A stretch of 64,000 nucleotides of DNA, taken from Rhodospirillales bacterium (GTDB taxonomy: Bacteria > Pseudomonadota > Alphaproteobacteria > Rhodospirillales > UBA2165). The stretch covers positions 10,214-74,213 of the forward strand of contig JASLNU010000108.1 of assembly GCA_030745835.1 (NCBI GenBank), written 5' to 3'. Positions 50,173 to 59,519 of this stretch are shown here, piece by piece (position 1 is the stretch's first letter; each line of letters opens with the position of its first letter). The position numbers and the translations under genes were made by a program. Under the pieces are notes generated by a model that saw nothing but the letters and a program-made list of their open reading frames with translations, made no database searches and was not told the origin of the DNA.

Positions 50173-51909
50173 ATGGCGACGCTGATCGAGATAATGGATT
50201 CATCGGCGGGTGGAATTGTCCTTGACCATGACGTGGACGTGCTCATGCGCGACGGGGCACGGCTCAAGGCCAACGTCTTCCGGCCCGAACAAAATGGCCA
50301 ATATCCGGTGCTCATGACCTTCGGGCCTTACAGCAAGGACATTCATTTCAGCACGCATCGCCTCGAATCGTGGGAATCGATGACCAGCGACAACCCGGCG
50401 ATACTCGAAAATTCTTCCGGCAAGTGGATGGTGTTCGAAACTCCGGATCCCGAGGTTTGGGTGCCCCACGGCTACATCGTCATCCGCGTCGATTCGCGCG
50501 GCGCGGCGAAGTCGCCAGGCATGCTCGACCCCAATTCGCCGGCTGAGTTCAGTGATTTTCACGATGCCATCGAGTGGGCCGGGGTGCAGCCCTGGTGCAA
50601 CGGCAAGGTCGGGCTGCTGGGCATCTCTTACTATGCCTGCGGCCAGTGGATGGTCGCCGCCCTGCGCCCGCCGCACCTCGCCGCCATCCTGCCGTGGCAG
50701 GGCACCTGCGATTTCTACCGCGGCCGCACCCGGCAGGGCGGCATCTTTTGCGACGGTTTCATCGGCCTGTGGTGGAACCGGATCGTCGAGGCGCGCCAGC
50801 ACGGCAATCCCGAATGCACGCATACCGACATGATCACCGGCGCGCCGATCACCGGGCCGGAACGGTTAGGTGCCGACCAGCTGGCGGCCAATCGTGCCGA
50901 CTATATCGGCAACATCCTGGCCCATCCGCTGAACGACGCGTGGTATCAGGCCCGCAGCGGCGATCTGTCGCAGATCGATATCCCGGCGCTGGTGGTTGCC
51001 AATTGGGGTGGGCTAGGGCTGCACCTGCGCGGCACCATCCGGGGGTTCATGGATATCGCTTCCAAGGACAAGTGGCTGAAGGTGCAGGCGGGCTCCTATT
51101 TCGCCACTTTCTTCGACCCGGCCAGCGTCGCCTTGCAGCGGAAATTCCTCGATCGATACCTGAAGGACATCGACAATGGCTGGGAAGACGAGCCCCGCGT
51201 CGAGGTCATGGTCCGCGCCTCCGACGATACCGTCAAGCGCATCGTCCGGGGCAGCCAATGGCCGCTCCCCGAAACCGATTGGCGGCAGCTCTATCTTGAT
51301 GCATCGGACTGCAGCCTGAAGTGGGAGCCGCCCGGAGACGCCGCCGCGCTCAGCTATCAAGCGACCGGCCAAGGGGTCAGCTTCGCATCCGGCCCGCTGG
51401 CGGCAGACACCGAGCTTGCCGGTCCCATCAAGGCGCGGCTTTGCGTTGCCTCCGATGTCGAGGACATGGACCTGTTCGTAACCCTCCGCGTCTTCGGCGC
51501 CGACGGAAAAGAGGCGACGTTTTTCGCCTCGGACGAGGCGCAAATGCCGGTCTCGCAGGGCTGGCTCCGGGTTACACAACGCAAGCTCGATCCCGGCCGT
51601 TCGACCGAGTTTCAACCCTTCCACAGCCACGACGAGCGCCAACTGCTGGCCGCCGGCGAAGTCTACGAGGTTGATGTCGAGGTATGGCCGACCAGCATCG
51701 CGCTGCCGGCGGGCGGGCGCTTGGAGCTGCTAATCGCCGGGCGCGATTTCGAACGGCCCGGCGCAACCGGCCCACGCAAGGGCTCCGGCCCATTCACCCA
51801 CAATAGCCCCAGCGACCGTCCGCCGGAACGTCATTCGGGCAACCATACGATCCATGCCGGCGGCGAGCACCGGTCCTACCTGCTGCTGCCGTTCCTGCCG
51901 CCGGATTGA
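50173..51909 (+). CDS. CocE/NonD family serine hydrolase
   Basis: MRDGARLKANVFRP, VDSRG, GLLGISYY and LHLRG. Confidence 0.9.
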   Translation: MATLIEIMDSSAGGIVLDHDVDVLMRDGARLKANVFRPEQNGQYPVLMTFGPYSKDIHFSTHRLESWESMTSDNPAILENSSGKWMVFETPDPEVWVPHGYIVIRVDSRGAAKSPGMLDPNSPAEFSDFHDAIEWAGVQPWCNGKVGLLGISYYACGQWMVAALRPPHLAAILPWQGTCDFYRGRTRQGGIFCDGFIGLWWNRIVEARQHGNPECTHTDMITGAPITGPERLGADQLAANRADYIGNILAHPLNDAWYQARSGDLSQIDIPALVVANWGGLGLHLRGTIRGFMDIASKDKWLKVQAGSYFATFFDPASVALQRKFLDRYLKDIDNGWEDEPRVEVMVRASDDTVKRIVRGSQWPLPETDWRQLYLDASDCSLKWEPPGDAAALSYQATGQGVSFASGPLAADTELAGPIKARLCVASDVEDMDLFVTLRVFGADGKEATFFASDEAQMPVSQGWLRVTQRKLDPGRSTEFQPFHSHDERQLLAAGEVYEVDVEVWPTSIALPAGGRLELLIAGRDFERPGATGPRKGSGPFTHNSPSDRPPERHSGNHTIHAGGEHRSYLLLPFLPPD

Positions 51910-52172
51910 CGCGGCGTTCGCTGGAGCGAGTTCTTAAAAGTGCTCCAGAATTGTTAAGAGCATTTGACCTTGAACCACCTGATAGGGCCGGCCAGGCGAA
52001 TACGACAGAAGCGGTGCGTCCGGACGACAATAAATTAGCCAAACGGACTTCCGAACACGGCCAAACCGCCAAGATCAAACCTTCGGATGGCCACAGGAAA
52101 ATTTGCCCACCCCTGAGGGTGGCATGTTGGTACGGCCCGACCTGGTACATGGGTAACAGATTGGACCGGCGG

Positions 52173-52590
52173 TTTGATCGCAACAAAGCGCATCGTCGGC
52201 CGCGTCACCGCCTCCGAGATGGCCTCCGCGTCCGCCGCATCGGTTTTGCCCCACTTCACATAGGGCTTCACATAGGCCGGCGGCATCAGTTTGAACTGGT
52301 GCCTCAACGTAGACAGCTGCCGCGCCCAGTAGTGGCTGGTGGCGCAGGCCTCGATGCCAACCAGACAGGGCGCGAGCTTATTGAAGAACGGCAGCATCTG
52401 GCGCCGACGCAACGTTCTGCAGACAACAACATCGCCCGCTTCATCAATGGCGTGGACTTGAAAAACATTCTTGGCCAGATCGAGGCCGACGGTGGCAATC
52501 TTCATGATGGATGGCTCCTTTTGCTCGTGGTTGAATATGACAACCACACTTTGGCACCTAGATGCCGGGAGCGGGAGCCATCCACCCCAT
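52173..52590 (-). mobile_element. Truncated IS110-family element (left end plus N-terminal DEDD domain)
   Basis: From ATG 52505: MKIATVGLDLAKNVFQVH...GIEAC...KTDAADAEAI...RPTMRFV, after which similarity stops. An 11-bp inverted repeat lies at 52508-52518 / 52574-52584. Confidence 0.88.
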
Positions 52591-52612
52591 CTGCTTTGCC
52601 CCAAACCAGACT

Positions 52613-52738
52613 CTCGCCTTGCCGAAGGAAGTGGAACATTGGTCGCCGACCACGCTGTATGAAAAGCCGGTCAAAATCGGAGCCAGGGGCGTCCGCCATG
52701 GCCGGTATACCACCTTCCAATTGGCCGTTCCGGCGTAG
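52613..52738 (+). mobile_element. IS1380-family transposase C-terminal fragment
   Basis: Manual translation LALPKEVEHWSPTTLYEKPVKIGARGVRHGRYTTFQLA resembles the conserved IS1380 C-terminus (recalled pattern, not searched). Confidence 0.7.
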
Positions 52739-53002
52739 GCCGAGGGAATTGACGGCGAGGTGAAAAATGCGGGAGAGGTACGCCAGGATGGCGGAAAATA
52801 TGAGAATATGGCCTACCAGGCACGGCCGGCGCACGAAAACCAGGCTATCGTTCGGCTGCGGAAGGAAAACCAATTCTACAGGGCGCAATTTTTGTAAGGT
52901 CGAAGTGGATTTCAAGCCTATTTGAGAAATCTCAGATTGTTATATTACGAAAATTGTTCAATTATTTTGGCATCTTCATCAATTTACTTTAGGATATCCG
53001 AT

Positions 53003-53019
53003 GGACCGTATTATGGTCC
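53003..53019. promoter_or_regulatory. Palindromic operator upstream of the second ABC operon
   Basis: GGACCGTA-T-TATGGTCC (one mismatch) lies about 50 nt before the SBP start. Confidence 0.5.
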
Positions 53020-53070
53020 GGTTCAGTTCATCTGAACTTAGAGACAATTAAACCCAGGGAGAATATTCAA

Positions 53071-54258
53071 ATGAAAACCAAGCTGTTAATGACGGCCGCG
53101 CTTGCGGCCCTCACTGCTCTTCCGATGCAGGCCCAGCCAGCATCGGCAGAGGACAAAGAAGTCAGAGTTGGCTTCATGAATGGATTTCCAGGTGGACGCG
53201 GTATTTTCGGCCGCGACCAGCGTGACGGTTTCCTGCTGGCGCTCGATCATCTGGGTGGCAAGCTGGGTGGACTGCCGGCCAAGGTCATCATCGGTGACAC
53301 CCAGCACAAACCCGACGTCGGCCGTCAGGTCATGGACAAGTTCATCAAGAAGGACAAAGTCCATTTCGTGGTCGGCATCACCTGGTCCAACGTCCTCGCC
53401 GCCGTCTACAAACAGGCGCTCAAGAGCAAGACGTTCCTGATCAGCTCCAACGCCGGATGGTCGGCAATGGACGGCAAGTTCTGCAATCCCTACTTCTTCC
53501 GCTCGTCCTGGAACAACGACGCGACGCCGGAAGCCATGGGCAAGGCCCTGCAGGACGAGAATTTGAAAAGCGTGTATCTGCTGTCTGCCAACTATCAGGC
53601 GGGGAAGGACATGCTGACCGGCTATCTGCGCTACTACAAAGGCAAGGTGGCCGGCCGCACGCTTTACAAGCTCGGCAATTCAGACTGGCAGGCGGAACTT
53701 TCCCAGATCCGGGCGGCCAAGCCGAGCGCCATTTTCGCCTTCGCGCCAGGCGGCATGGGGATATCGCTGGCCAAGCAGTTCAACGCCGCCGGGTTGAACA
53801 AAAAGATGAAGCTGTACACGGTGTTCGCCGTCGACTGGATGACCCTCAAGGCCTATGGCAAGGCCGCCATCGGCACCTTCCATACCAGCTTCTGGGATGC
53901 CGACTCCAAAAACCCGGCGAATGTCCGGTTCAAGCGGGATCATGCCAAGAAGTATAAGCGCGCCGGATCCATGTTCGGCGTGCAAGGCTATGATGCGGCG
54001 CTGCTGATCGATCTCGGTATCCGCGGTGCCAATGGCAACCTCGAGGACCATGACTCGATCCGGGACGCCATGCGGACCGCCAACATCAACTCGCCCAGGG
54101 GCAGTTTCATATACAACGTCAACCACAGCCCGATCCAAAACTACTACAAGCGCGAAGTGGTCGCGGATGAGAAAGGCAACGCAAAGATCGTGACGCGGGA
54201 GACCGTGTTCCGGGGTCACAAGGACGCCTATTACACCCAGTGCAAGATGAAATGGTGA
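53071..54258 (+). CDS. ABC substrate-binding protein (LivK family, aromatic-acid binding type)
   Basis: Signal peptide, GGKLGG, SNAG, YQAGKD and SPRG. Confidence 0.92.
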   Translation: MKTKLLMTAALAALTALPMQAQPASAEDKEVRVGFMNGFPGGRGIFGRDQRDGFLLALDHLGGKLGGLPAKVIIGDTQHKPDVGRQVMDKFIKKDKVHFVVGITWSNVLAAVYKQALKSKTFLISSNAGWSAMDGKFCNPYFFRSSWNNDATPEAMGKALQDENLKSVYLLSANYQAGKDMLTGYLRYYKGKVAGRTLYKLGNSDWQAELSQIRAAKPSAIFAFAPGGMGISLAKQFNAAGLNKKMKLYTVFAVDWMTLKAYGKAAIGTFHTSFWDADSKNPANVRFKRDHAKKYKRAGSMFGVQGYDAALLIDLGIRGANGNLEDHDSIRDAMRTANINSPRGSFIYNVNHSPIQNYYKREVVADEKGNAKIVTRETVFRGHKDAYYTQCKMKW

Positions 54259-54302
54259 CATCGGGCTAGACGGAACTCGAACAGACCGGCCGACGGAGGT
54301 GA

Positions 54303-54329
54303 CGGATGGGGAAGAACCTTCCCCATCCG
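54303..54329 (+). terminator. Intercistronic stem-loop after the SBP gene
   Basis: CGGATGGGGAAG-AAC-CTTCCCCATCCG, a perfect 12-bp stem. Confidence 0.55.
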
Positions 54330-54384
54330 CACCTGTTTCGCCTGCGCCTTCCCAACCTTTCCCCGATGACGGTGATCGATCTCC

Positions 54385-55308
54385 ATGAACTTTCTGCTGT
54401 TCCTTGAGCAAATCCTGAACGGCCTGCAATTCGGCGTTTTCCTTTTCCTGATTTCGGCCGGACTGACCCTGGTGCTGGGAATCATGAACGTGGTCAATCT
54501 CGCCCATGGCGCGCTCTACATGATGGGCGCCTATTTCGCGGCGACGTTTTTTGCCTGGACCGGCAGCCTCTGGATCGCCTTTTTTCTGATGATCCCGGCC
54601 TCCCTGGCCATCGGCATGGCGGTGGAGGTCATCACCCTTCGCCGGCTCTATGATCGCGATCACATGGACCAGGTTCTGGCGACGTTCGGGCTCATCCTGT
54701 TTTTCAACGAGGGCGTAAAACTGATCTGGGGCGTCGAATCCCAGAACATGCCGATCCCCGAGGCCCTGAGCAGCGGTGTCGAGATCTTTCCCGATGCGCC
54801 CTATCCGACCTACCGGCTGGCGATCATCGGGGTGGGCTTGCTGGTTGCGGTGGTTCTCTATTTTTTCATTTCCCGTACGCGGACGGGAATGCTCATCCGA
54901 GCGGGCGCCAGCAACGGCCCCATGATCCGGGCCTTGGGAGTCAACATCCGCCTGCTCTATACGGTGATCTTCGGCATCGGCGCCTTTTTCGCGGGTCTGG
55001 CGGGGCTGATGGCGGGGCCCATCCTTTCGGTGGAGCCGGGGATGGGCGACGACATGCTGATCCTGGCCTTCGTGGTCATCGTCATCGGCGGCATCGGGTC
55101 GATCCGGGGCGCCCTGGTGGCCTCCATCCTGGTCGGGGTGTTCGAGGTGGTCGGGCGGTCTTATTTGCCGGCGCTCCTGGATGAGCTGCTGTCTTCCGAC
55201 GTCGCCCAGACGGTGGGGCCGGCCCTGGCCTCCATGCTCATCTACATTCTGATGATCCTGGTGCTCTTCTTCCGGCCCCAGGGGTTGTTCCCGGCGCGGA
55301 CGGGATAG
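54385..55308 (+). CDS. LivH-type ABC permease
   Basis: NLAHGALYM, VVIVIGGIGS and RPQGLF. Confidence 0.92.
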   Translation: MNFLLFLEQILNGLQFGVFLFLISAGLTLVLGIMNVVNLAHGALYMMGAYFAATFFAWTGSLWIAFFLMIPASLAIGMAVEVITLRRLYDRDHMDQVLATFGLILFFNEGVKLIWGVESQNMPIPEALSSGVEIFPDAPYPTYRLAIIGVGLLVAVVLYFFISRTRTGMLIRAGASNGPMIRALGVNIRLLYTVIFGIGAFFAGLAGLMAGPILSVEPGMGDDMLILAFVVIVIGGIGSIRGALVASILVGVFEVVGRSYLPALLDELLSSDVAQTVGPALASMLIYILMILVLFFRPQGLFPARTG

Positions 55309-55311
55309 GCT

Positions 55312-56259
55312 ATGAAACTCAATCGTTTAAAGATATGGATCCTGATCGCCACGGGCGGCCTGCTCCTGGTGGTGCCGCCCCTGGCCCTGGTTTTCGACGA
55401 GCCCTTCTACCTCACCCTGCTTGGGCGAGTCATGATCTTCGCCATCGCGGCCCTCAGCCTGGACCTCATCCTCGGCTTCGGCGGCATGATCAGTCTGGGC
55501 CATGCCGCCTATCTCGGCCTCGGCGCCTATGCGGTGGGCATTCTGTCGTTTCACGGCGTCGACAACGGTTGGCTGCAACTCGCCATCGCCATCGCCGGCT
55601 CCGCCTTCGTCGCCGTGATCATCGGCGCGATCTGCCTCAGGACCAGTGGAATCTACTTCATCATGATCACGCTGGCCGTGACCCAGCTGCTGTTCTTTCT
55701 CGGCATCAGCCTGGAAACCTATGGCGGTGACGACGGGCTTCCCCTCGACCGGTCCGTCTTCCTCGATGGGTTTGATCTCGGCAACGAGGTCAACCTTTAC
55801 TATTTGATTCTCGCCTTTCTCGCGATCATGACCTACCTGTCGTGGCGCCTGATCAACTCGCATTTCGGCATGGTCATTCGCGGTGTTCACGAGAACGAGA
55901 TGCGGATGCGGGCGATCGGCTTTCCGGTTTTCCGCTACAAGCTCGCGGCCTTCGTGATCGCCGGCGCCATGTGCGGTGTCGCCGGCTTCCTGCTCGCCAA
56001 CCTGACCGAATTCGTGACGCCGGAATTCATGCATTGGTTCCGCTCGGGGGAAATCATGGTCATGGTTCTGGTGGGCGGCATGGGGACGCTGTTCGGACCC
56101 TTGTTGGGGGCCGCGGCCTTCTTGTTGTTCGAGGAAGTGATTTCGGGCTGGACCGAGCACTGGATGGTCATATTCGGCCCGCTGCTCGTAATCCTCGTTT
56201 TGTTCGCCAAAAAGGGATTGTGGGGGTTCTTGCCCGGCAGTGCGGAACATGATGACTGA
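55312..56259 (+). CDS. LivM-type ABC permease
   Basis: SLGHAAY, IYFIMITLA and VGGMGTL. Confidence 0.92.
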   Translation: MKLNRLKIWILIATGGLLLVVPPLALVFDEPFYLTLLGRVMIFAIAALSLDLILGFGGMISLGHAAYLGLGAYAVGILSFHGVDNGWLQLAIAIAGSAFVAVIIGAICLRTSGIYFIMITLAVTQLLFFLGISLETYGGDDGLPLDRSVFLDGFDLGNEVNLYYLILAFLAIMTYLSWRLINSHFGMVIRGVHENEMRMRAIGFPVFRYKLAAFVIAGAMCGVAGFLLANLTEFVTPEFMHWFRSGEIMVMVLVGGMGTLFGPLLGAAAFLLFEEVISGWTEHWMVIFGPLLVILVLFAKKGLWGFLPGSAEHDD

Positions 56260-57016
56260 GGCGACGCTGAAAGTCGAAGGGCTTACCAAAAGTTTCGGGG
56301 GCGTCGTCGCCACCGACAATCTCTATTTCGAGATCGAGCCAAGAGAAATCCACGCCGTCATCGGCCCGAACGGGGCCGGCAAAACGACCCTGGTCGCCCA
56401 GCTTTCGGGCATGCTGAAGCCGGACGGCGGGCGCATTCTCTTTCTCGGTCGTGATATCAGCCGCTTATCGGCGGATGCGAGGTCCCATCTGGGGCTTGCG
56501 CGATCATTTCAGATCACCAGCATTTTCAGGAAATTCACCGCGCTGGCCAACGTCGCCTTATCGATCCAGGCGCACCGGGGCCACAGCTTTCGTTTCTGGA
56601 AGCCAGCCGCGACGGATTCCGCCCTCACCGAACCGGCACGGAAAATCCTGGACGACGTGGGTCTCGGGAAACGTGCCGACATGATCGCCGGCAACCTCGC
56701 CCATGGGGAACAGCGCCAGTTGGAAATTGCCATGGCGCTGGCGACCCGACCCAAGCTCCTTTTGCTAGACGAGCCCACGGCGGGCATGGGTGCCGAAGAT
56801 ACCGATCGCATGTGCGATCTGCTCTCTTCCATGAAGGGCGAAATTTCCATGCTCCTGATCGAACACGACATGGACACCGTGTTCACGCTCGCCGATAGGG
56901 TGACGGTCCTGGTCTACGGTACCGCGATCGCCACCGGCACGCCCGAGGAGATCCGACGGAACGATGAGGTGCGAGCGGCATATCTCGGCGAAGACGACGT
57001 GGTCGAAAATGCTTAA
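56249..57016 (+). CDS. LivG-type ABC ATPase
   Basis: GPNGAGKTT, ARSFQ, LLDEP and IEHDM. Confidence 0.92.
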   Translation: MMTEATLKVEGLTKSFGGVVATDNLYFEIEPREIHAVIGPNGAGKTTLVAQLSGMLKPDGGRILFLGRDISRLSADARSHLGLARSFQITSIFRKFTALANVALSIQAHRGHSFRFWKPAATDSALTEPARKILDDVGLGKRADMIAGNLAHGEQRQLEIAMALATRPKLLLLDEPTAGMGAEDTDRMCDLLSSMKGEISMLLIEHDMDTVFTLADRVTVLVYGTAIATGTPEEIRRNDEVRAAYLGEDDVVENA

Positions 57017-57710
57017 GCTCTCATCCATCGAGACCTCCTATGGATCGAGGCAGGTCCTTTTCGGACTGTCCCTAGAGGTCGAAGAAGGCCAGATGGTTAC
57101 CTTGATGGGCCGCAACGGGATGGGTAAGACGACGACGGTCCGCTCGATCATGGGCCAGGCGCCGGCCCATGGCGGTTCGATCACCTTCGACGGCGTCGAA
57201 CTGACCAGAATGGAAGACTACAAGATCGCTCAACTGGGCGTCGGGCTCGTTCCCGAGGGCCGCCAGGTTTTCCCCAACCTGACGGTGCGCGAGAACCTGG
57301 TCGCCACCGCCGACAATCGATCCGGTTCTAGCGACCCCTGGACACTGGAAAAAGTGCTCGACTTGCTGCCGGGGCTCAACGAGCGACGCGATGCCATGGG
57401 CAATCACTTGTCGGGTGGTGAACAGCAGATGTTGGCGATTGGCCGGGCGCTTATGACTAACCCGAAGATGCTTATCCTGGACGAGGCGACCGAAGGCCTG
57501 GCGCCTCTGATCCGGAACCAGATCTGGAGATGCCTGGAGGGCCTACGGGCCCACGGTTTGTCCATCCTGGTGATCGATAAGAACGTCGACACGCTTGCCC
57601 GCATTGGTGACTACCATTACATCGTCGAGCGCGGTCGCGTCGTGTGGGAAGGAAATTCGGACGAGCTGCGCGCAAACGATGAGATCAAACACCGGTATCT
57701 GGGTGTTTAG
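57009..57710 (+). CDS. LivF-type ABC ATPase
   Basis: GRNGMGKTT, LSGGEQQM and LDEATEG. Start set at ATG 57009. Confidence 0.92.
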   Translation: MLKLSSIETSYGSRQVLFGLSLEVEEGQMVTLMGRNGMGKTTTVRSIMGQAPAHGGSITFDGVELTRMEDYKIAQLGVGLVPEGRQVFPNLTVRENLVATADNRSGSSDPWTLEKVLDLLPGLNERRDAMGNHLSGGEQQMLAIGRALMTNPKMLILDEATEGLAPLIRNQIWRCLEGLRAHGLSILVIDKNVDTLARIGDYHYIVERGRVVWEGNSDELRANDEIKHRYLGV

Positions 57711-57839
57711 CCGCCAAGGCGCCGCGCGTCACGTGTTCTGCCCAAAGATTCCGCTTAGATGAGGTCGACGGCTCCGACCCAAAGGCATCGCAAATTGCCA
57801 ATTTGCACAATAGGCTATAAACGGCGAATGTCCGCTTCT

Positions 57840-58012
57840 GGCGGTGGTCTCAACTGATCGACGCAACACTTTATCTTAAACGGCAAGATGGAGTGTCTGC
57901 AGATGAAGCGAATATATCGGCGAGGATTCAGTGCGGCAGAGAAGACGGAGCTTTGGGATCGCTGGCAGCGCGGGGATTCATTGAAAGCGATTGGGCGGGC
58001 GTTTGGCAAACG
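57840..58012 (+). mobile_element. IS30-family remnant (left end plus first ~37 codons of the transposase)
   Basis: End sequence GGCGGTGGTCTCAACTGATCGACGCAACA; from ATG 57903 MKRIYRRGFSAAEKTELWDRWQRGDSLKAIGRAFGK (HTH start). Confidence 0.7.
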
Positions 58013-58179
58013 GCTGAATATTTCGCCTTCAAAGCGGTCGGTTTAAACCCTTGGTAAATCACCGAACGACAAGTTAATATTTACTCATATAATTCACACT
58101 CCACCCCCTCAAGAAACTTGAATCGCTATACTGCGGCAGAATTTCGGCGTGGGGTTAATCGGGAGAGAGGTTCGCCTGA

Positions 58180-59034
58180 ATGATAATCCATAAACCCACC
58201 ACGCTGGAGGAAGCGGCAAGGCTGCTGGCCGCCGACGATGACGCGCAGTGCATTGCCGGGGGCGCGACATTGGTGGCGATGATGAACAGCGGCGTGGTTG
58301 AACCTCGAACCTTGATTTCTCTGGGCGGGATCGACGGATTGAACGCCATCACCGGCGCAACCGACCGAACCGTGACCATCGGCGCGACAGCAAAACACAG
58401 TACCGTCGCCGCCCATGACGCCTTCACCGGCGCACAATCCATCGTTGGGCTGGCCGCCGGAAAAATAGCCCATCCACCGATCCGCAACATGGGCACGATC
58501 GGCGGTTCGCTCGCCGTCGCCGATCCGGCCACCGATTATCCGACGGCCCTGTTGGCGGCCGGCGCTGCTTTTGACGTCGTCGGGCCGGACGGTTCGCGGA
58601 CCATTGCCGTCGATGACTTCTTTACCGGTTTTTTATCGACGGCCCTGGCCACGGGCGAATTGATCCGGTCGGTCGAACTGCCGGCGGGGCCGGAGAACGC
58701 GGTGGCGGTCTATGACAAGATTTCAAAAATCGACGGCGATATTGCGATCCTCTCGGTGGCGGTGGTGATGGTCATGGCTGATGGCCGGTGCTCATATCTG
58801 AGGATTGCCGTTGGCGGCTGCGGACCCACCCCTTTTCGTTCACCGCAGGCGGAAGAAGAACTAATTGGTTCGGAACTTTCAGGCACCGATCTGGACATCG
58901 CCGCCGACTTGACCGTGGCGGCAAGCGATCCGATGAACGATGTGCGGGCCACCGCCGATTATCGCCGCAGGGTATTGCCTGGGGTGGTTCGCCGGGCGCT
59001 TGGCTTTGCACGGCAATTAACGGAAGACGAATAA
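58180..59034 (+). CDS. Molybdenum hydroxylase FAD subunit (CoxM/XdhB-like)
   Basis: AGGATL, IRNMGTIGGS and ATADYR. Confidence 0.9.
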   Translation: MIIHKPTTLEEAARLLAADDDAQCIAGGATLVAMMNSGVVEPRTLISLGGIDGLNAITGATDRTVTIGATAKHSTVAAHDAFTGAQSIVGLAAGKIAHPPIRNMGTIGGSLAVADPATDYPTALLAAGAAFDVVGPDGSRTIAVDDFFTGFLSTALATGELIRSVELPAGPENAVAVYDKISKIDGDIAILSVAVVMVMADGRCSYLRIAVGGCGPTPFRSPQAEEELIGSELSGTDLDIAADLTVAASDPMNDVRATADYRRRVLPGVVRRALGFARQLTEDE

Positions 59035-59519
59035 TGACCGAACCAGCGAGCTACGACATAAAGGTGAATGGCGAGATCGAAACCGTCATCGCGCCGGCCG
59101 AAGAGACGTTATTGACCGTGCTCCGCGAACGATTGAATCTAACCGGCGCCAAGCGCGGTTGCGATCAGGGCGTCTGCGGAACCTGTACAGTATTGATTAA
59201 CGGCGAGCCGGTGCGCGCCTGCCTGACCTTGGCGGCGCTTTGCGAGGGCGTTGAGATCACCACCATCGAAGGCCTGGGCAGGCCCGACCAGCTAAGCGCC
59301 GTTCAACAATCTTTTATCGACGCCGGCGGCATTCAGTGCGGCTTTTGCGCTTCGGGTATGATCCTGACCGTAAGCTCGATCCTCAACAACAACCCGGAGG
59401 CAAATGAAGACGATATCCGCGAAGCCATTTCGGGCAATATTTGCCGTTGCACCGGTTATGCAAAAATTGTCGAGGCGGCGGTAAATGCCGCCGGCCAAAT
59501 GGGCGGAGCGTCGCGATGA
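59034..59519 (+). CDS. Molybdenum hydroxylase 2x[2Fe-2S] subunit (CoxS-like)
   Basis: GCDQGVCGTC, QCGFC and NICRCTGY. Confidence 0.92.
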   Translation: MTEPASYDIKVNGEIETVIAPAEETLLTVLRERLNLTGAKRGCDQGVCGTCTVLINGEPVRACLTLAALCEGVEITTIEGLGRPDQLSAVQQSFIDAGGIQCGFCASGMILTVSSILNNNPEANEDDIREAISGNICRCTGYAKIVEAAVNAAGQMGGASR

